From an uncultured Rivularia sp. (GTDB lineage Bacteria; Cyanobacteriota; Cyanobacteriia; Cyanobacteriales; Nostocaceae), in NCBI GenBank assembly GCA_963665115.1, contig OY762007.1, positions 4,416,001-4,480,000 on the forward strand: DNA of 64,000 nucleotides, given 5' to 3'. The notes below the pieces were generated by a model. It ran no database searches. It was given only the letters and a program-made list of their open reading frames with translations, and was not told the DNA's origin. Below are positions 42,081-52,862 of this stretch, piece by piece. How positions within the stretch are numbered: position 1 is the first letter of the stretch; every line of letters starts with the position of its first letter. The position numbers and the translations under genes were made by a program.

Positions 42081-42683
42081 ATGATTGACCTTTATACATT
42101 TACCACACCAAACGGACGTAAAGCTTCCGTAATGTTGGAAGAGATTGAACTTCCTTATAACGTTCATACAATTGATATCCGTAAAGACGACCAATTTACA
42201 CCAGAATACGTAGCAATTAATCCCAACAGTAAAATACCCGCCATCGTCGATAAAGATACTGACATAACTGTATTTGAATCAGGTGCAATCCTCATGTACT
42301 TAGCTGATAAAACAGGTAAATTATTACCCACAGAGCAAAAAGCCCGCTATCAAGTAATAGAATGGTTAATGCTGCAAATGGGTAGCATAGGACCGATGTT
42401 CGGACAATTCAACCACTTCAACAAACACGCTTCCGAAAAGATTCCCTACGCTATTGAACGTTACAAAAAAGAAACCATCCGACTCTACGGAGTATTAGAC
42501 AAACAGCTTGCAGACAAAGAATATATTTGTGGTGACTACTCCATAGCCGACATTGCAACATTTCCCTGGATAACAATCTACGAAATCCAAGAAATGACAC
42601 TCGATAACCATCCCAACTTAAAAAGATGGCATGACACCGTGTCAAATCGTCCAGCAGTGCAGCGGGGGATGAAGGTTCCGTAA
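42081..42683 (+). CDS. Glutathione S-transferase (YfcG/Ure2-like)
   Basis: TPNG, INPNSKIPAI, FESGAIL and YSIADIA. Confidence 0.93.
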   Translation: MIDLYTFTTPNGRKASVMLEEIELPYNVHTIDIRKDDQFTPEYVAINPNSKIPAIVDKDTDITVFESGAILMYLADKTGKLLPTEQKARYQVIEWLMLQMGSIGPMFGQFNHFNKHASEKIPYAIERYKKETIRLYGVLDKQLADKEYICGDYSIADIATFPWITIYEIQEMTLDNHPNLKRWHDTVSNRPAVQRGMKVP

Positions 42684-42825
42684 TGGGTAATGGGGATGGG
42701 GCATGGGGCATTGGGGAGATGGGGAGCTAGCTCCCACTACAAATTACCAATTACCAATTACCAATTACCAATTACCAATTACCAATCCCCAATCCCCAAT
42801 GCCCAATCCCCAATACCCAATTCCC
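42684..42825. repeat. Convergent heptamer tandem repeats (GGGGCAT/GGGGAT vs AATTACC/CCCCAAT) around a small hairpin
   Basis: Visible between the convergent gst and M20 genes. Confidence 0.9.
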
Positions 42826-44045
42826 TAATTCAAAAACTTTTCGACGCAACGTACAAATATTTCGACACCCATTGCTAATGCTGTTTCGTCGAAGTTAAAG
42901 CGGGGATGGTGGTGGGGATAGGCTAAGTCTTTTTGGGGATTTGCGGAGCCTAAGAAGAAGTAACAACCGGGAACTTGTTGCAAAAAGTAGGACATATCTT
43001 CACCACCCATTGTCTGACATTCGGGTACTATTCCTAATGGCGTTTCTACAACTTCTTCTGCTATGCTTCGTACTAATTCTGCCATTTCGGCATTATTTAT
43101 TGTGGGTGGGTAAAGTCCCCAATATTCTAAGTCGTAATTCGCACCGTTAATTTCACAGATCCCGGCAATTACTTTTTTAATCCGTTCCTGAATAAACCCT
43201 TCAAATTCTGGATTAAAATATCTGACGGTACCGCTCATTCTGGCTGTATCGGCGATTATATTGCCCTTTGTGCCCGCGTGAAGTTCTCCTACAGTCACCA
43301 CGGCAGAATCAATTGGACTAACGTTACGAGAAACAATGGTTTGTAAAGCATTGACAACTTGAGCCGCAACTACCACCGAATCAACGGTTTGATGGGGCAT
43401 TGCACCATGTCCGCCTTTACCCAAAATTGTACAGCGAAACGATTCAACTGCCGCCATCAAGGCACCAGCACGAACTCCTACAGTTCCTAAAGGTAAATTG
43501 TTCCACAGGTGAAGACCAATAATTGCATTTACGTCAGGATTTTTTAATACACCTGCTTCAATCATTGGTTTAGCACCACCTGGCCCTTCTTCTGCGGGTT
43601 GAAAGATTATTTTAACAGTACCGCTGAAACTATCTCGATGCTGCTGTAAATAATAAGCCGTACCCAGCGCGATCGCAGTATGTCCATCATGTCCGCAAGC
43701 GTGCATTACTCCTTCATGTTGCGATTTATAAGACACTTCGTTCATTTCGTGAACTGGTAAAGCATCCATATCCGCACGAATTGCCAATACCCGATTATTT
43801 GATTCGCCTTTTTTACGACCTTTGATAGTTGCGGCAATACCCGTTTTAGCAATCCCAGTTTGATGTTCAATTCCCCATTCTGACAACTTCTGGGAAACAA
43901 GTTTACTGGTAATCTCTTCCTCAAAAGCTAACTCAGGCTTTTGATGAATTATTCTGCGCCATTCTATAATTTGCGGATGTAACGAACGAATATCAAGTCG
44001 AACCCGAGATAAATCGGCAGATGCATTTGGAAATGTGGAAACCAT
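42825..44045 (-). CDS. M20-family amidohydrolase (N-acyl-L-amino acid amidohydrolase-like)
   Basis: RADMDALP, MHACGHDGH, FQPAEEG, GGEDM and HHPRF. Confidence 0.95.
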   Translation of the reverse strand: MVSTFPNASADLSRVRLDIRSLHPQIIEWRRIIHQKPELAFEEEITSKLVSQKLSEWGIEHQTGIAKTGIAATIKGRKKGESNNRVLAIRADMDALPVHEMNEVSYKSQHEGVMHACGHDGHTAIALGTAYYLQQHRDSFSGTVKIIFQPAEEGPGGAKPMIEAGVLKNPDVNAIIGLHLWNNLPLGTVGVRAGALMAAVESFRCTILGKGGHGAMPHQTVDSVVVAAQVVNALQTIVSRNVSPIDSAVVTVGELHAGTKGNIIADTARMSGTVRYFNPEFEGFIQERIKKVIAGICEINGANYDLEYWGLYPPTINNAEMAELVRSIAEEVVETPLGIVPECQTMGGEDMSYFLQQVPGCYFFLGSANPQKDLAYPHHHPRFNFDETALAMGVEIFVRCVEKFLN

Positions 44046-44167
44046 GACAAAAAAGGTTAAAGGTTAAAGGTCAAAGGTTAGAAGTCAGGAATTGGGAGTT
44101 AAGAATTTTCTCCTTATCTCCTCATCCTCCCATGCCCCATGCCCCATGCCCCATGCTCCATGCCCAC

Positions 44168-44848
44168 TCAATTAAACAGTTTCTCTAATTCTAAATCGGA
44201 TGCAATTTGGGCTAGTCGATCTAAATCTTCGGGGTTATCTAAATATGGTAAACAACCTAAGACGGGAATATTTGTAAAGGATTCGATTGTATCTACTGGT
44301 GCCCAATCGGCGATTTGTTCTGGTGTCATTTGCGAGCAGCAGTTTAAAATGATTCCTAAAAGCTGCACTTTGGCTTGTTTTGCTAAAGCCACATTTGCCA
44401 CCACTTGAGAAATTGCACCCAATCTTACGGGTACAACTAATACTGTAGGTAAACGCCATTCTCCGGCTAAATCTGCTACTGTAAATTCATCTGTTACCGG
44501 AGATCCCAATCCTCCCAAGGCTTCCACTAACAGAATATCGCGGCTTTGCTGTAACTGAGTAAAAGCTTGCCAAACGATACCTAAATCTATCTCTCGATTT
44601 TCTTTGGCTGCTGCTAAAGGAGGTGCTAAAGGTGCTTGAAAATATAAAGGCGTAATTTCTGTTTCAGATTGCGATAATGAAAATAACTTTTGGTAAAGTT
44701 GGCGATCGCCGACTCCCGACTGAATCGGTTTCATGATTCCCAAGCTCTGTTGGGGGCGATATTTTTGTAAATAAGCAGCTAGGGCTGTAGTGAAAACTGT
44801 CTTACCCGCGTCGGTATCGGTTCCAGTTATAAATAATGTTTTTAGCAA
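44168..44848 (-). CDS. bioD: Dethiobiotin synthase
   Basis: FITGTDTDAGKT, KPIQSG and LLVEALGG. Confidence 0.93.
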   Translation of the reverse strand: MLKTLFITGTDTDAGKTVFTTALAAYLQKYRPQQSLGIMKPIQSGVGDRQLYQKLFSLSQSETEITPLYFQAPLAPPLAAAKENREIDLGIVWQAFTQLQQSRDILLVEALGGLGSPVTDEFTVADLAGEWRLPTVLVVPVRLGAISQVVANVALAKQAKVQLLGIILNCCSQMTPEQIADWAPVDTIESFTNIPVLGCLPYLDNPEDLDRLAQIASDLELEKLFN

Positions 44849-44901
44849 TTTTAAATGTTAAATTTTGGATTTTAGATCATTTTTTAAGCTTAATTCAGAC
44901 C

Positions 44902-45312
44902 TCAATCTGCCCGAATCACCGCAATAGCATCAATCTCAAACAACATACCATCAAGAGCTAACCTTGGCACAGGAACGAGTGTTTGTGCTGGTGTTTGATT
45001 TCCCCACATTGCAAATACCTCAGTTGTTAGATGCTCTAATTTAGACTCCGAGTGATCGACGATAAAAGTACTAATTTTGACAACATCTTCTGGACGTGCA
45101 TCTGCTGCGGCTAAAGCAATCCGAAGATTTACAAAAGCTTGCTTTAACTGAGTAACGAAGTCCGAGGCAAGAAATCCATTCTTATCTTCACCACCTTGCC
45201 CCGCGATATAAACAGTAGTTGCTTGAGTGGGAGCAATAACAACATGGGTATAGCCATTAGGGGTTGGATCGTACAAACCAACTGGATTAATAAACCTAGA
45301 TTCTTGCAACAT
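44902..45312 (-). CDS. RidA/YjgF-family protein
   Basis: GYTH, VYIAGQ, PAQTLV and LFEIDAIA. Confidence 0.88.
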   Translation of the reverse strand: MLQESRFINPVGLYDPTPNGYTHVVIAPTQATTVYIAGQGGEDKNGFLASDFVTQLKQAFVNLRIALAAADARPEDVVKISTFIVDHSESKLEHLTTEVFAMWGNQTPAQTLVPVPRLALDGMLFEIDAIAVIRAD

Positions 45313-45490
45313 GGCTATCTTTCCTAAGAGACTCTAAACTTTACGCCGGTTACGAACAAAATGTTCTATAACAATCATGTTCAAATCATACTCGTTATGA
45401 GTATAATCATTCAACCATAATTGAAAAAACTTTTTTGCCGTAAAATAACGTTGAACCCATGCCCTATCCCCCATGCCCAATTCCCTCTTC

Positions 45491-47236
45491 CTAATTAGAT
45501 TCAGCTTCTGGCACTGGTTCCACTTCCGGTTTTCTTTCCTCTGGAGATGGGGTTGGTTTTTTTATGGGAGGAAACTTGACTGATGGTAGTTTCACGTCGG
45601 GAATTCTAGTTGGAATGCTGGTTGGAAAGTTAGTTGGAAGGCTTGTTGGAATAGTTAGATTAGGTCGCTTGCGTTTCTCTCTTTGTGGTTTTGGTGTCTC
45701 TTCTACAGATGGTTCTGTAGGTTCAATATCCGGTGCAGTTGTCGGCTCAATGTCTGGTGTAGTGACTGGATCTTTCAAAGAGACTTTTAAGGTATATTCG
45801 GCTTGCTTAATTTCTGGAAGATTATTTAATTCAATAATGTATCTACCAGTAAAGGGCAAATTACCTTGATAAGAGCTTACCTGCCGCGCTACGTTATCAA
45901 TAATTTCTTTGTTAGGGCCTAATACGGTTAGCGAAACACCATTTTCTTCAACCAAAACTGCTGTAAGTACCTGCCCTTCATCGGCTCTAAAGGTATACTG
46001 CACCGTTTGATTTTCTTTTAAATTTCCTCTGATGGTAGCTGTGTCGGAAAGTACAAAGTTGAGCCGCTTGCTAAAAACATCTGGTTCGCCTGGATTGGGT
46101 GTTGGTGTTGGCGTAAGAAATGGTGTTGCAAATGTTTGTGGTGGAGGTGACTCCGGTGGCGATTTGGATGCATTTTGAATAGTTGTAACTAAAGCCCAGG
46201 AACCCAATCCCGCTAATAATACTACACCCGCACCTATTATTATTACTGATATCGGACTATCTATAAGTGGATCTTTTGGTGGTGGAATTACTGGCTCAAC
46301 TCGGCGACGAGGTGCTGATTGTGGCGGCTGTACTGGGTCGGGTTTGCGACCGACAGCTACTGTTTGCATTCTTGATACGTCGGGTTTTGCTACGGTAGGC
46401 TGATTCAAACTGTCTAATACTTCTAAAACTTCGTTGGCACTTTGATAGCGCCCTCCGGGTTTGTGACTCAACATTCGATTCAATATTTGAGCAAATCGTG
46501 AATTTACCGTTACCCAGCGCTGCCAATTCCAACTCAATAAGTTGTCATCAAATAATTCTGCGGGTTCTTTGGCGGTAAGTAATACAATTCCACTCACCGC
46601 TAAAGCATATAAATCGCTACTAGGATAGGCTTGCGCCGTTTGAATTTGTTCGCTGGGGGAATAACCCGGTTTACCCACAAAAGTTGGAGGCGTTTGTGAA
46701 GGCGAACGCAACTTAGTAGCCAATTCTTTGACCACGCCAAAATCAATTAATACCGGCAATTTATCGCTTCCACGCATCATAATATTGTCCGGTGAAATAT
46801 CGCGGTGGATGATTCCTTTACCGTGAATGTAGTCCAGTACCGGCAACAAAGAACGCATCAAGCGCAATACTTCACCTTCGGTAAAAGCACCACCCATTTC
46901 TTTACGCTCTTGAAGTAAATCGTAGTAAGTTTTACCTTCTACATAATCTTGTACTAGAAATAACCGTTGGTCTTGTTCAAATCTTTCCCGAAATTGAGGT
47001 ACCTGGGTATGCTTAATTTGATACAAAATAGCCGCTTCTCGTCCGAAAAGCTCCCGTGCTTTTTCCCAAGCAGAAGTTCCAGTCGTATTCGGAATTAATT
47101 CTTTAATAGCGCAAAGCTCGTTAAAACGCCTCTGGTCTTCCGCTAAGTAAGTTCTACCGAATCCCCCTTGACCTAAAGTTTTAATGATGTTGTAACGGTT
47201 TTGTAATATATTACCAGCAGTAATTGGTGGTTGCAT
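45491..47236 (-). CDS. Ser/Thr protein kinase with a TM helix, PPC-like extracytoplasmic domain and Pro/Thr-rich tail
   Basis: LGQGGFG, AIKE, HRDISPDN and DFG. Confidence 0.95.
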   Translation of the reverse strand: MQPPITAGNILQNRYNIIKTLGQGGFGRTYLAEDQRRFNELCAIKELIPNTTGTSAWEKARELFGREAAILYQIKHTQVPQFRERFEQDQRLFLVQDYVEGKTYYDLLQERKEMGGAFTEGEVLRLMRSLLPVLDYIHGKGIIHRDISPDNIMMRGSDKLPVLIDFGVVKELATKLRSPSQTPPTFVGKPGYSPSEQIQTAQAYPSSDLYALAVSGIVLLTAKEPAELFDDNLLSWNWQRWVTVNSRFAQILNRMLSHKPGGRYQSANEVLEVLDSLNQPTVAKPDVSRMQTVAVGRKPDPVQPPQSAPRRRVEPVIPPPKDPLIDSPISVIIIGAGVVLLAGLGSWALVTTIQNASKSPPESPPPQTFATPFLTPTPTPNPGEPDVFSKRLNFVLSDTATIRGNLKENQTVQYTFRADEGQVLTAVLVEENGVSLTVLGPNKEIIDNVARQVSSYQGNLPFTGRYIIELNNLPEIKQAEYTLKVSLKDPVTTPDIEPTTAPDIEPTEPSVEETPKPQREKRKRPNLTIPTSLPTNFPTSIPTRIPDVKLPSVKFPPIKKPTPSPEERKPEVEPVPEAESN

Positions 47237-48174
47237 AATTAATCGAGTTTGTGTAACAGATCAAATAGAGGATTTTACTTAGAACAGATCGGTCAAACTG
47301 ATAATAACGAGTCAGTTGAAATAGTAGTGTATCGCAAACAATGAAACAGCTTGCTTATTTATTTTTACATTTTGTTTAATTTATGAATGGGTCAAAAGGT
47401 AGACAAGTTACTTTTAAAAAAAAATTAATGTTACTGCTGTTGAAAGGTAAAAACATTTACCTACTGAGTCATATCTAGCACTTTTATTAATCTTTTTTTG
47501 TCTCAGTATATTTTGCTGAGAAATTTGCTTAAATCGAGTAGGACAGTATTTATGTATTATTAGACGGAAAAATTTGCTACAGGATTCATGAAGCGACAAA
47601 AGCAATCACAACAATCAAGCCAGACTTCTCTTAAACAAAGCATAATAAATTATTAATTAGAGCATTAATATTATAAAATATTTAATTATTATAAAATTTT
47701 TAGAATACAAGTACTTATACTTACCAATATAAATAAATCAATATACTGCTTACTAATCGGTGATTACGCGTGCAAGTATCAAAAATATTGTTGTGCAATT
47801 TTCAGCGATAATGCCTTGCAAATTGGATGAAGTTGAACCCTATAAGAAAATAGTATTGCGCTTAAATTAACTAAAAGCGTGATTCTAAAACTGGTATAAA
47901 ACCCTTGAAATTAGGAGGTTAAAGCTTAATTAATATTGATATATGATTTTTCTCTGTGGAACAAAAAAATAAATAATAGGTCTGGTCAGCAAAGTTAATA
48001 TCAGTTAAGCTGACAGTGGTTTGTTGGTGTTTGGGGTGATAAAAATTTAGATAAATGCATAGTTCTATGGAGGAATGTTTCAGCAAATAAGTCAAAGCCT
48101 TGGAACAAACGACATTTAATTATGCACAAGTATTTAAGTCGAATAAATCAAATTAATCGCATGATAATATTGCA

Positions 48175-49191
48175 ATGAATGCACAACGAGGGTCTGCTGT
48201 GCTAGGTACTGCCACTTTAAAAGTGAAACCAGCTATAACGGGGCTGACAGAAAATCATCGTCTGCGATTGTTCTCTGGCTCTGCGAATTTGGAATTATCC
48301 CAAGAAGTAGCCCGTTATCTGGGCATGGATTTGGGGCCAATGATTCGTAAAAGATTTGCAGATGGGGAGCTTTACGTTCAAATACAGGAATCAATTCGGG
48401 GCTGTGATGTTTATTTAATCCAGCCCTCTTGCAATCCTGTAAATGATAATCTAATGGAATTGCTAGTCATGATTGACGCTTGTCGTCGAGCATCTGCACG
48501 ACAGGTAACAGCAGTAATTCCTTATTATGGTTACGCTCGTGCCGATAGAAAAACGGCGGGAAGAGAGTCAATTACGGCCAAGCTGGTTGCAAACCTGATT
48601 ACTCAAGCAGGTGCAAACCGGATTTTGGCAATGGATTTACACTCTGCACAAATACAGGGTTATTTCGATATTCCCTTAGACCATGTTTACAGCACCCCAG
48701 TAATTCTGGAATATTTGGCGAGTAAGGAGTTGTCAGATATTGTGGTTGTTTCCCCCGACGTGGGTGGTGTAGCAAGGGCTAGGTCATTTGCGAAAAAACT
48801 CAATGATGCACCTTTGGCAATTATCGACAAACGCCGTCAAGCACACAATGTAGCTGAAGTCTTAAACGTCATCGGTGACGTTAAGGGTAAAACAGCCGTA
48901 TTGGTTGACGACATGATTGATACTGCCGGAACCATTTGTGAGGGAGCGCGTTTACTGCGTAAAGAAGGGGCGCGTCAGGTATATGCCTGTGCGACTCATG
49001 CTGTGTTTTCTCCACCTGCCATAGAAAGACTTTCTAAAGGTTTGTTTGAAGAGGTAATTGTCACCAATACAATTCCTTTAGATAACACTCAATGTTTTCC
49101 TCAATTAAAGAGGCTTTCAGTTGCCAACCTTTTAGGAGAAACTATTTGGCGGATTCACGAAGATAATTCTGTAAGCAGTATGTTCCGTTAA
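48175..49191 (+). CDS. prs: Ribose-phosphate pyrophosphokinase
   Basis: PYYGYARADRK, DLHSAQIQG, VSPDVGG and VDDMIDTAGT. Confidence 0.97.
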   Translation: MNAQRGSAVLGTATLKVKPAITGLTENHRLRLFSGSANLELSQEVARYLGMDLGPMIRKRFADGELYVQIQESIRGCDVYLIQPSCNPVNDNLMELLVMIDACRRASARQVTAVIPYYGYARADRKTAGRESITAKLVANLITQAGANRILAMDLHSAQIQGYFDIPLDHVYSTPVILEYLASKELSDIVVVSPDVGGVARARSFAKKLNDAPLAIIDKRRQAHNVAEVLNVIGDVKGKTAVLVDDMIDTAGTICEGARLLRKEGARQVYACATHAVFSPPAIERLSKGLFEEVIVTNTIPLDNTQCFPQLKRLSVANLLGETIWRIHEDNSVSSMFR

Positions 49192-49217
49192 GCAATCTAT
49201 CTTAAGCATTGAATATC

Positions 49218-49259
49218 AAGGATGAAGTTAAACGTTTTTTATCTTCATCCTTTATTTTT
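49218..49259 (+). terminator. Probable intrinsic terminator of prs
   Basis: AAGGATGAAG...CTTCATCCTT stem followed by TATTTTT. Confidence 0.6.
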
Positions 49260-49486
49260 GATTGATTATTGTCAAATTTATCTGTATTCATCAATTTTAT
49301 AATAACTTATCCACTAAATTTACCATTTGTAATAAATTTTGAATTAAATCAACGAAAATTTATTTTGTGTAAATTAGCAGCATATACGAAAATACACAAA
49401 CCCAGTTTCTTACATTCAAAAAACCGGGTGTCTCAATAGTTCAATTATTTCAATATAATATTTAGATAATATTTATATAATATCTA

Positions 49487-50014
49487 CTAATTTGCTGAAG
49501 CTTGTTTCTGGATTTTTACATTTCTTTTTCCCCAAGGCTTTACAAACGAGATAGCAATAATAAATAAAAGGCAAAGAGTTTGAATAATCGCACCAATCAA
49601 AACGCCTTTCTGATCGAATACGTAGAGCGGATTTTGCAACGCTTGCAACCTATCCTCTGCGGAAATTGCTGTCATCGCATTCGTCCAAGGCCCCAACCAT
49701 ATGCTACCAGTCACAATCAGCGTTACGGTACCAATCCACTTTGCAATAACCCAGTAATGTTTAAAAAATCCCCAAATCGTCAGCCAGCAAATTAAACCAC
49801 CGCTGAGTAAAGAGAAAAAGGCACTCGGAATAATTACAACGTCATCTAATAGCTTCATCACCGAGTTAATAGCGTAAAGTTCGTCGCCGTTAGGAGTATT
49901 GCGGTTCATCAGCGCGATCGCAATCATTGACAAAGCGGTACCAAACCACATTGCCGCAAATGCTACGTGAAGGCTTATTAACCATTGTTTCTGTTTGGCA
50001 TTTAGGTTTTTCAT
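49487..50014 (-). CDS. DUF2269-like 4-TM membrane protein
   Basis: LH..F...[16 protein letters not shown] and ISFVKPWG. Confidence 0.7.
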   Translation of the reverse strand: MKNLNAKQKQWLISLHVAFAAMWFGTALSMIAIALMNRNTPNGDELYAINSVMKLLDDVVIIPSAFFSLLSGGLICWLTIWGFFKHYWVIAKWIGTVTLIVTGSIWLGPWTNAMTAISAEDRLQALQNPLYVFDQKGVLIGAIIQTLCLLFIIAISFVKPWGKRNVKIQKQASAN

Positions 50015-50023
50015 ATTTTGATC

Positions 50024-50158
50024 GGGGAGTTGGGAGTAGGGAGTAGAAAGTAGAAAGTAGGGAGTAGGGAGTAGAAAGTAAGGAGTAGGGAGTAGAAAGT
50101 AGGGAGTAGAAAGTAGGGAGTAGGGAGTAGAAAGTAGGGAGTAGAAAGTAGGGAGTAG
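50024..50158. repeat. (GGGAGTA/GAAAGTA)n heptamer tandem repeat
   Basis: About 19 mixed units directly upstream of 50014. Confidence 0.92.
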
Positions 50159-50274
50159 GTGAAAACCCGGTGCAAGTATAGTCCCTGTTAAAAAAAATGG
50201 TTGTTAGTGGGAGCATCTTGCTCCCTAACCTGTAGGGAGGTTAATTGAAATAACTATGAATGAGAATCAACTAA

Positions 50275-50292
50275 TAGTTAGGCACCTAACTA
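50275..50292. promoter_or_regulatory. Candidate MarR operator TAGTTAGG-CA-CCTAACTA
   Basis: Perfect 8-2-8 inverted repeat between marR and the downstream membrane-protein gene. Confidence 0.6.
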
Positions 50293-50332
50293 AAATATAA
50301 AGCCATGTTGGTGAAAATACAAGTTCTTATCT

Positions 50333-50842
50333 TTAAAAATCTCGCATCGCAGAAGTTCCAGCGCTCAATTTACCAAGTAATTTAATAAACGTCTTCTTCT
50401 CCGTAGCGGTGAGATTGGACATCATATTAGTAGTGCGACAAAAATGGTCTGGAAGCATTTTCGAGATTAACTCGCGCCCTTTATCAGTTAAAACAATAGT
50501 TAGCTTCCGCCTATCTTCGGGGTAGGGTTGGCGTTTAACTAAATCTTCTCGTTCCAATCCATCAAGTAAACCCGTAATTGTAGCACGAGTAACACTAGAA
50601 CGTTCGGCAAATTCGGATGGTGTTAATCCCTTCTCTGAAGCTACAAACAACTGTATTAACAGCGTGAATTTACCCATCGATAGATTATAGCGGGCAAAAT
50701 GAGCGTCGAAGGCTTGCTGAACCTCAGTTGTTGTGTCGAGAAAAGTTAGACAAGCTTCTACCGAAGATATATCTAATTCAGGATATTGTTGCGCTAATTG
50801 AGCTATTGCTTGATGATTGGGTAAACCACGGGATGTAACCAT
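50333..50842 (-). CDS. MarR-family regulator
   Basis: LTPSE.A....VTRATITGLLDGLE and DRR....LT.KG. Confidence 0.93.
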   Translation of the reverse strand: MVTSRGLPNHQAIAQLAQQYPELDISSVEACLTFLDTTTEVQQAFDAHFARYNLSMGKFTLLIQLFVASEKGLTPSEFAERSSVTRATITGLLDGLEREDLVKRQPYPEDRRKLTIVLTDKGRELISKMLPDHFCRTTNMMSNLTATEKKTFIKLLGKLSAGTSAMRDF

Positions 50843-51240
50843 GAATAAGAATTAAAAAATGTTTGGGCATGGGTTGAGAAAAATTACCAGATCGATATTC
50901 AATAGAATAATTAAGGTTCTTCACTACCTAATATGCTAAAACCTTGGCGCAAAAGGCTGTAATTTTTACTATACAAAGATTATCCGTTTAAAAAAAACTC
51001 ATATTATTTGGACTTACGCACTTAGATATTTAAAATCTCTGTAATTCCCTGTTCTCCGTTCCCTTTTTCCTCTTCAACGACTATAGCCATAATTCATTGG
51101 AGCGTATTTTTATAGTACTTTATTACTATAATATAATGTATCTATCAATTATCTTGGCTTTATTTAGGGAAGAATGAGTTAAAGGTAAAAAAATTTGATA
51201 ATGTAATAAGTTTAGGAGTTTGATGATTTCTGGAGTGCAT

Positions 51241-51988
51241 GTGAACGCAAATACTTCTAAGGTACAAACATTAACGCTTGACGAAACTGGTGATTTAGCA
51301 GCGCCTCCAGGTTTCTCAGCCCTGGGCGATCGCCGTGCGATTGCAAATACAGTCTTTTTTAAATGACAATGCTGGTGGTGTTAAGCAGTTACGAAGTTGG
51401 CTTGAAGGAATAGAAGAACATTCGGGATATAGTCAGCTAACAAATGAAGATGGCGAAACTTTTTCCTCATATGCAGAATTTTGTAATGCGAAACAACCTT
51501 GGGGACTCGGTTATGCTCCAGAAATCATCGAGCAAAAGTTAAAGGATTTAGAATTGCAAAACGAAAATATTGTTGAAGTTGAAGAAGAAAAAAGTAGAAC
51601 TTGGGGAGATATAGAGCAGTATTTGCAAAGATTCTCCAAAGTTATTCAAGATTGTGAAGATAGTAATTCGATTAGCGTGCATCAAATTGCAAAAATATTA
51701 AACATTCATATAAAAAATGCATACAAATGGAAAAAGCGCTGGTTAGATTTGGGTTGGATTGAACCTGCTGCCGAAGAAAAAAGAGGTATTTACACTGTTA
51801 CAGATGAAGGAAGAAAACAAGCACAACAATGGACGGAAAATATGCCGTCTGGTAGTGTTAATGAACCTTTATGGTTAACTATTCCTCGTAGTAATCCGAA
51901 GAAAGCAGCGGAAGAGTTAATCGCTTCTTTGGAAGTAGAGCAACTTAAAGAAATCTATGAATTGATTGGTAAAACTTTTGAGAAGTAA
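51241..51988 (+). CDS. Hypothetical winged-HTH protein with an apparent +1 frameshift at TTT 51312-51314
   Basis: GGAG RBS and GTG at 51241. Deleting one T joins it (…AAPPGSQPWAIAVRLQ…) to ORF 51335..51988. HTH: ISVHQIAKILNIHIKNAYKW...GIYTVTDEG. Confidence 0.6.
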
Positions 51989-51991
51989 GAA

Positions 51992-52094
51992 TAAGCTGTT
52001 GTGCATTTAATTTGTATATTGCAAGCGGGCAGGATGCCCGCACTACAATAACTCTAACTGTGCCCCTTATTCAATCTAGCTACACATCAGCTTA
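51992..52094. mobile_element. 103-bp MITE-like element (copy of 16541-16643)
   Basis: Same TAAGCTG/CAGCTTA ends, length and internal hairpin. Confidence 0.8.
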
Positions 52095-52232
52095 GTAGCG
52101 ATAAGGTTAGTGTTTCTCCCTTCGGGTATGTCTCGGAGGGAGATTTTATCTTTAGTAGCAAAATAATAAATTCTGAAGTGGGAATAATAAAGCTATACCT
52201 TTCATATAAAAATTGGGGATAGCTAGAATCGT

Positions 52233-52862
52233 ATGCCGCAGATAAAAATTATTAGAGCAGCCTTACGGGAAATACAGAGACTTCCCTATTCTGCTTGCGA
52301 GAAAGTCTATGAAATTTTACGCAGTTTGAGTCAAGGAATTGTTAGTCAAATTTTTGATGTCAAGCAGCGCTTGCTTAAACGATGTGAAACCGGATATTTG
52401 TACTGGGATACTTATTTAGCCTTGCAGTTGGCAGGAATAGAGGGTTCGGAGTTATACCAGTGGGAGAAAGATGCAATATCTCGTTTAAATAAACACTCCA
52501 ATGAATATTTAAAATCAGAATTAAATCATATTCAAAACGTTTCTTTTAGGTGTTTGTTATGGAGAGCAATGGATTTTTCCTGGCAGGCAGTTATAGAAGC
52601 TACCAATTTACAAGAGATTGATTTTAACGAGTACGAGCGTTTGCTTAAGAGTATTGCAGAGGATTTAACAGAAAAAGGATTGACTTATGAGGCTGCACGG
52701 GTAAAAGCGCGTCTTGGTGAAGATAATTTCCAACGTAATTTTCCTTTTTGGCAAGAAGTAAGTCAAAACTCAGATAATTCTCAATCTTTGGTAACACTAT
52801 TATGCGAAGCGTTTGCATCCCAAATTGAAAACATTTTTGAAAAACAAGAGATAAATCAATGA
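52233..52862 (+). CDS. Hypothetical protein with a RelE-like N-terminal start fused to a helical region; possibly internally deleted
   Basis: MPQIKIIRAALREIQRLP...KVYEILRSL resembles the first strand and helices of RelE/ParE. The remainder is TPR-like helical. Confidence 0.5.
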   Translation: MPQIKIIRAALREIQRLPYSACEKVYEILRSLSQGIVSQIFDVKQRLLKRCETGYLYWDTYLALQLAGIEGSELYQWEKDAISRLNKHSNEYLKSELNHIQNVSFRCLLWRAMDFSWQAVIEATNLQEIDFNEYERLLKSIAEDLTEKGLTYEAARVKARLGEDNFQRNFPFWQEVSQNSDNSQSLVTLLCEAFASQIENIFEKQEINQ

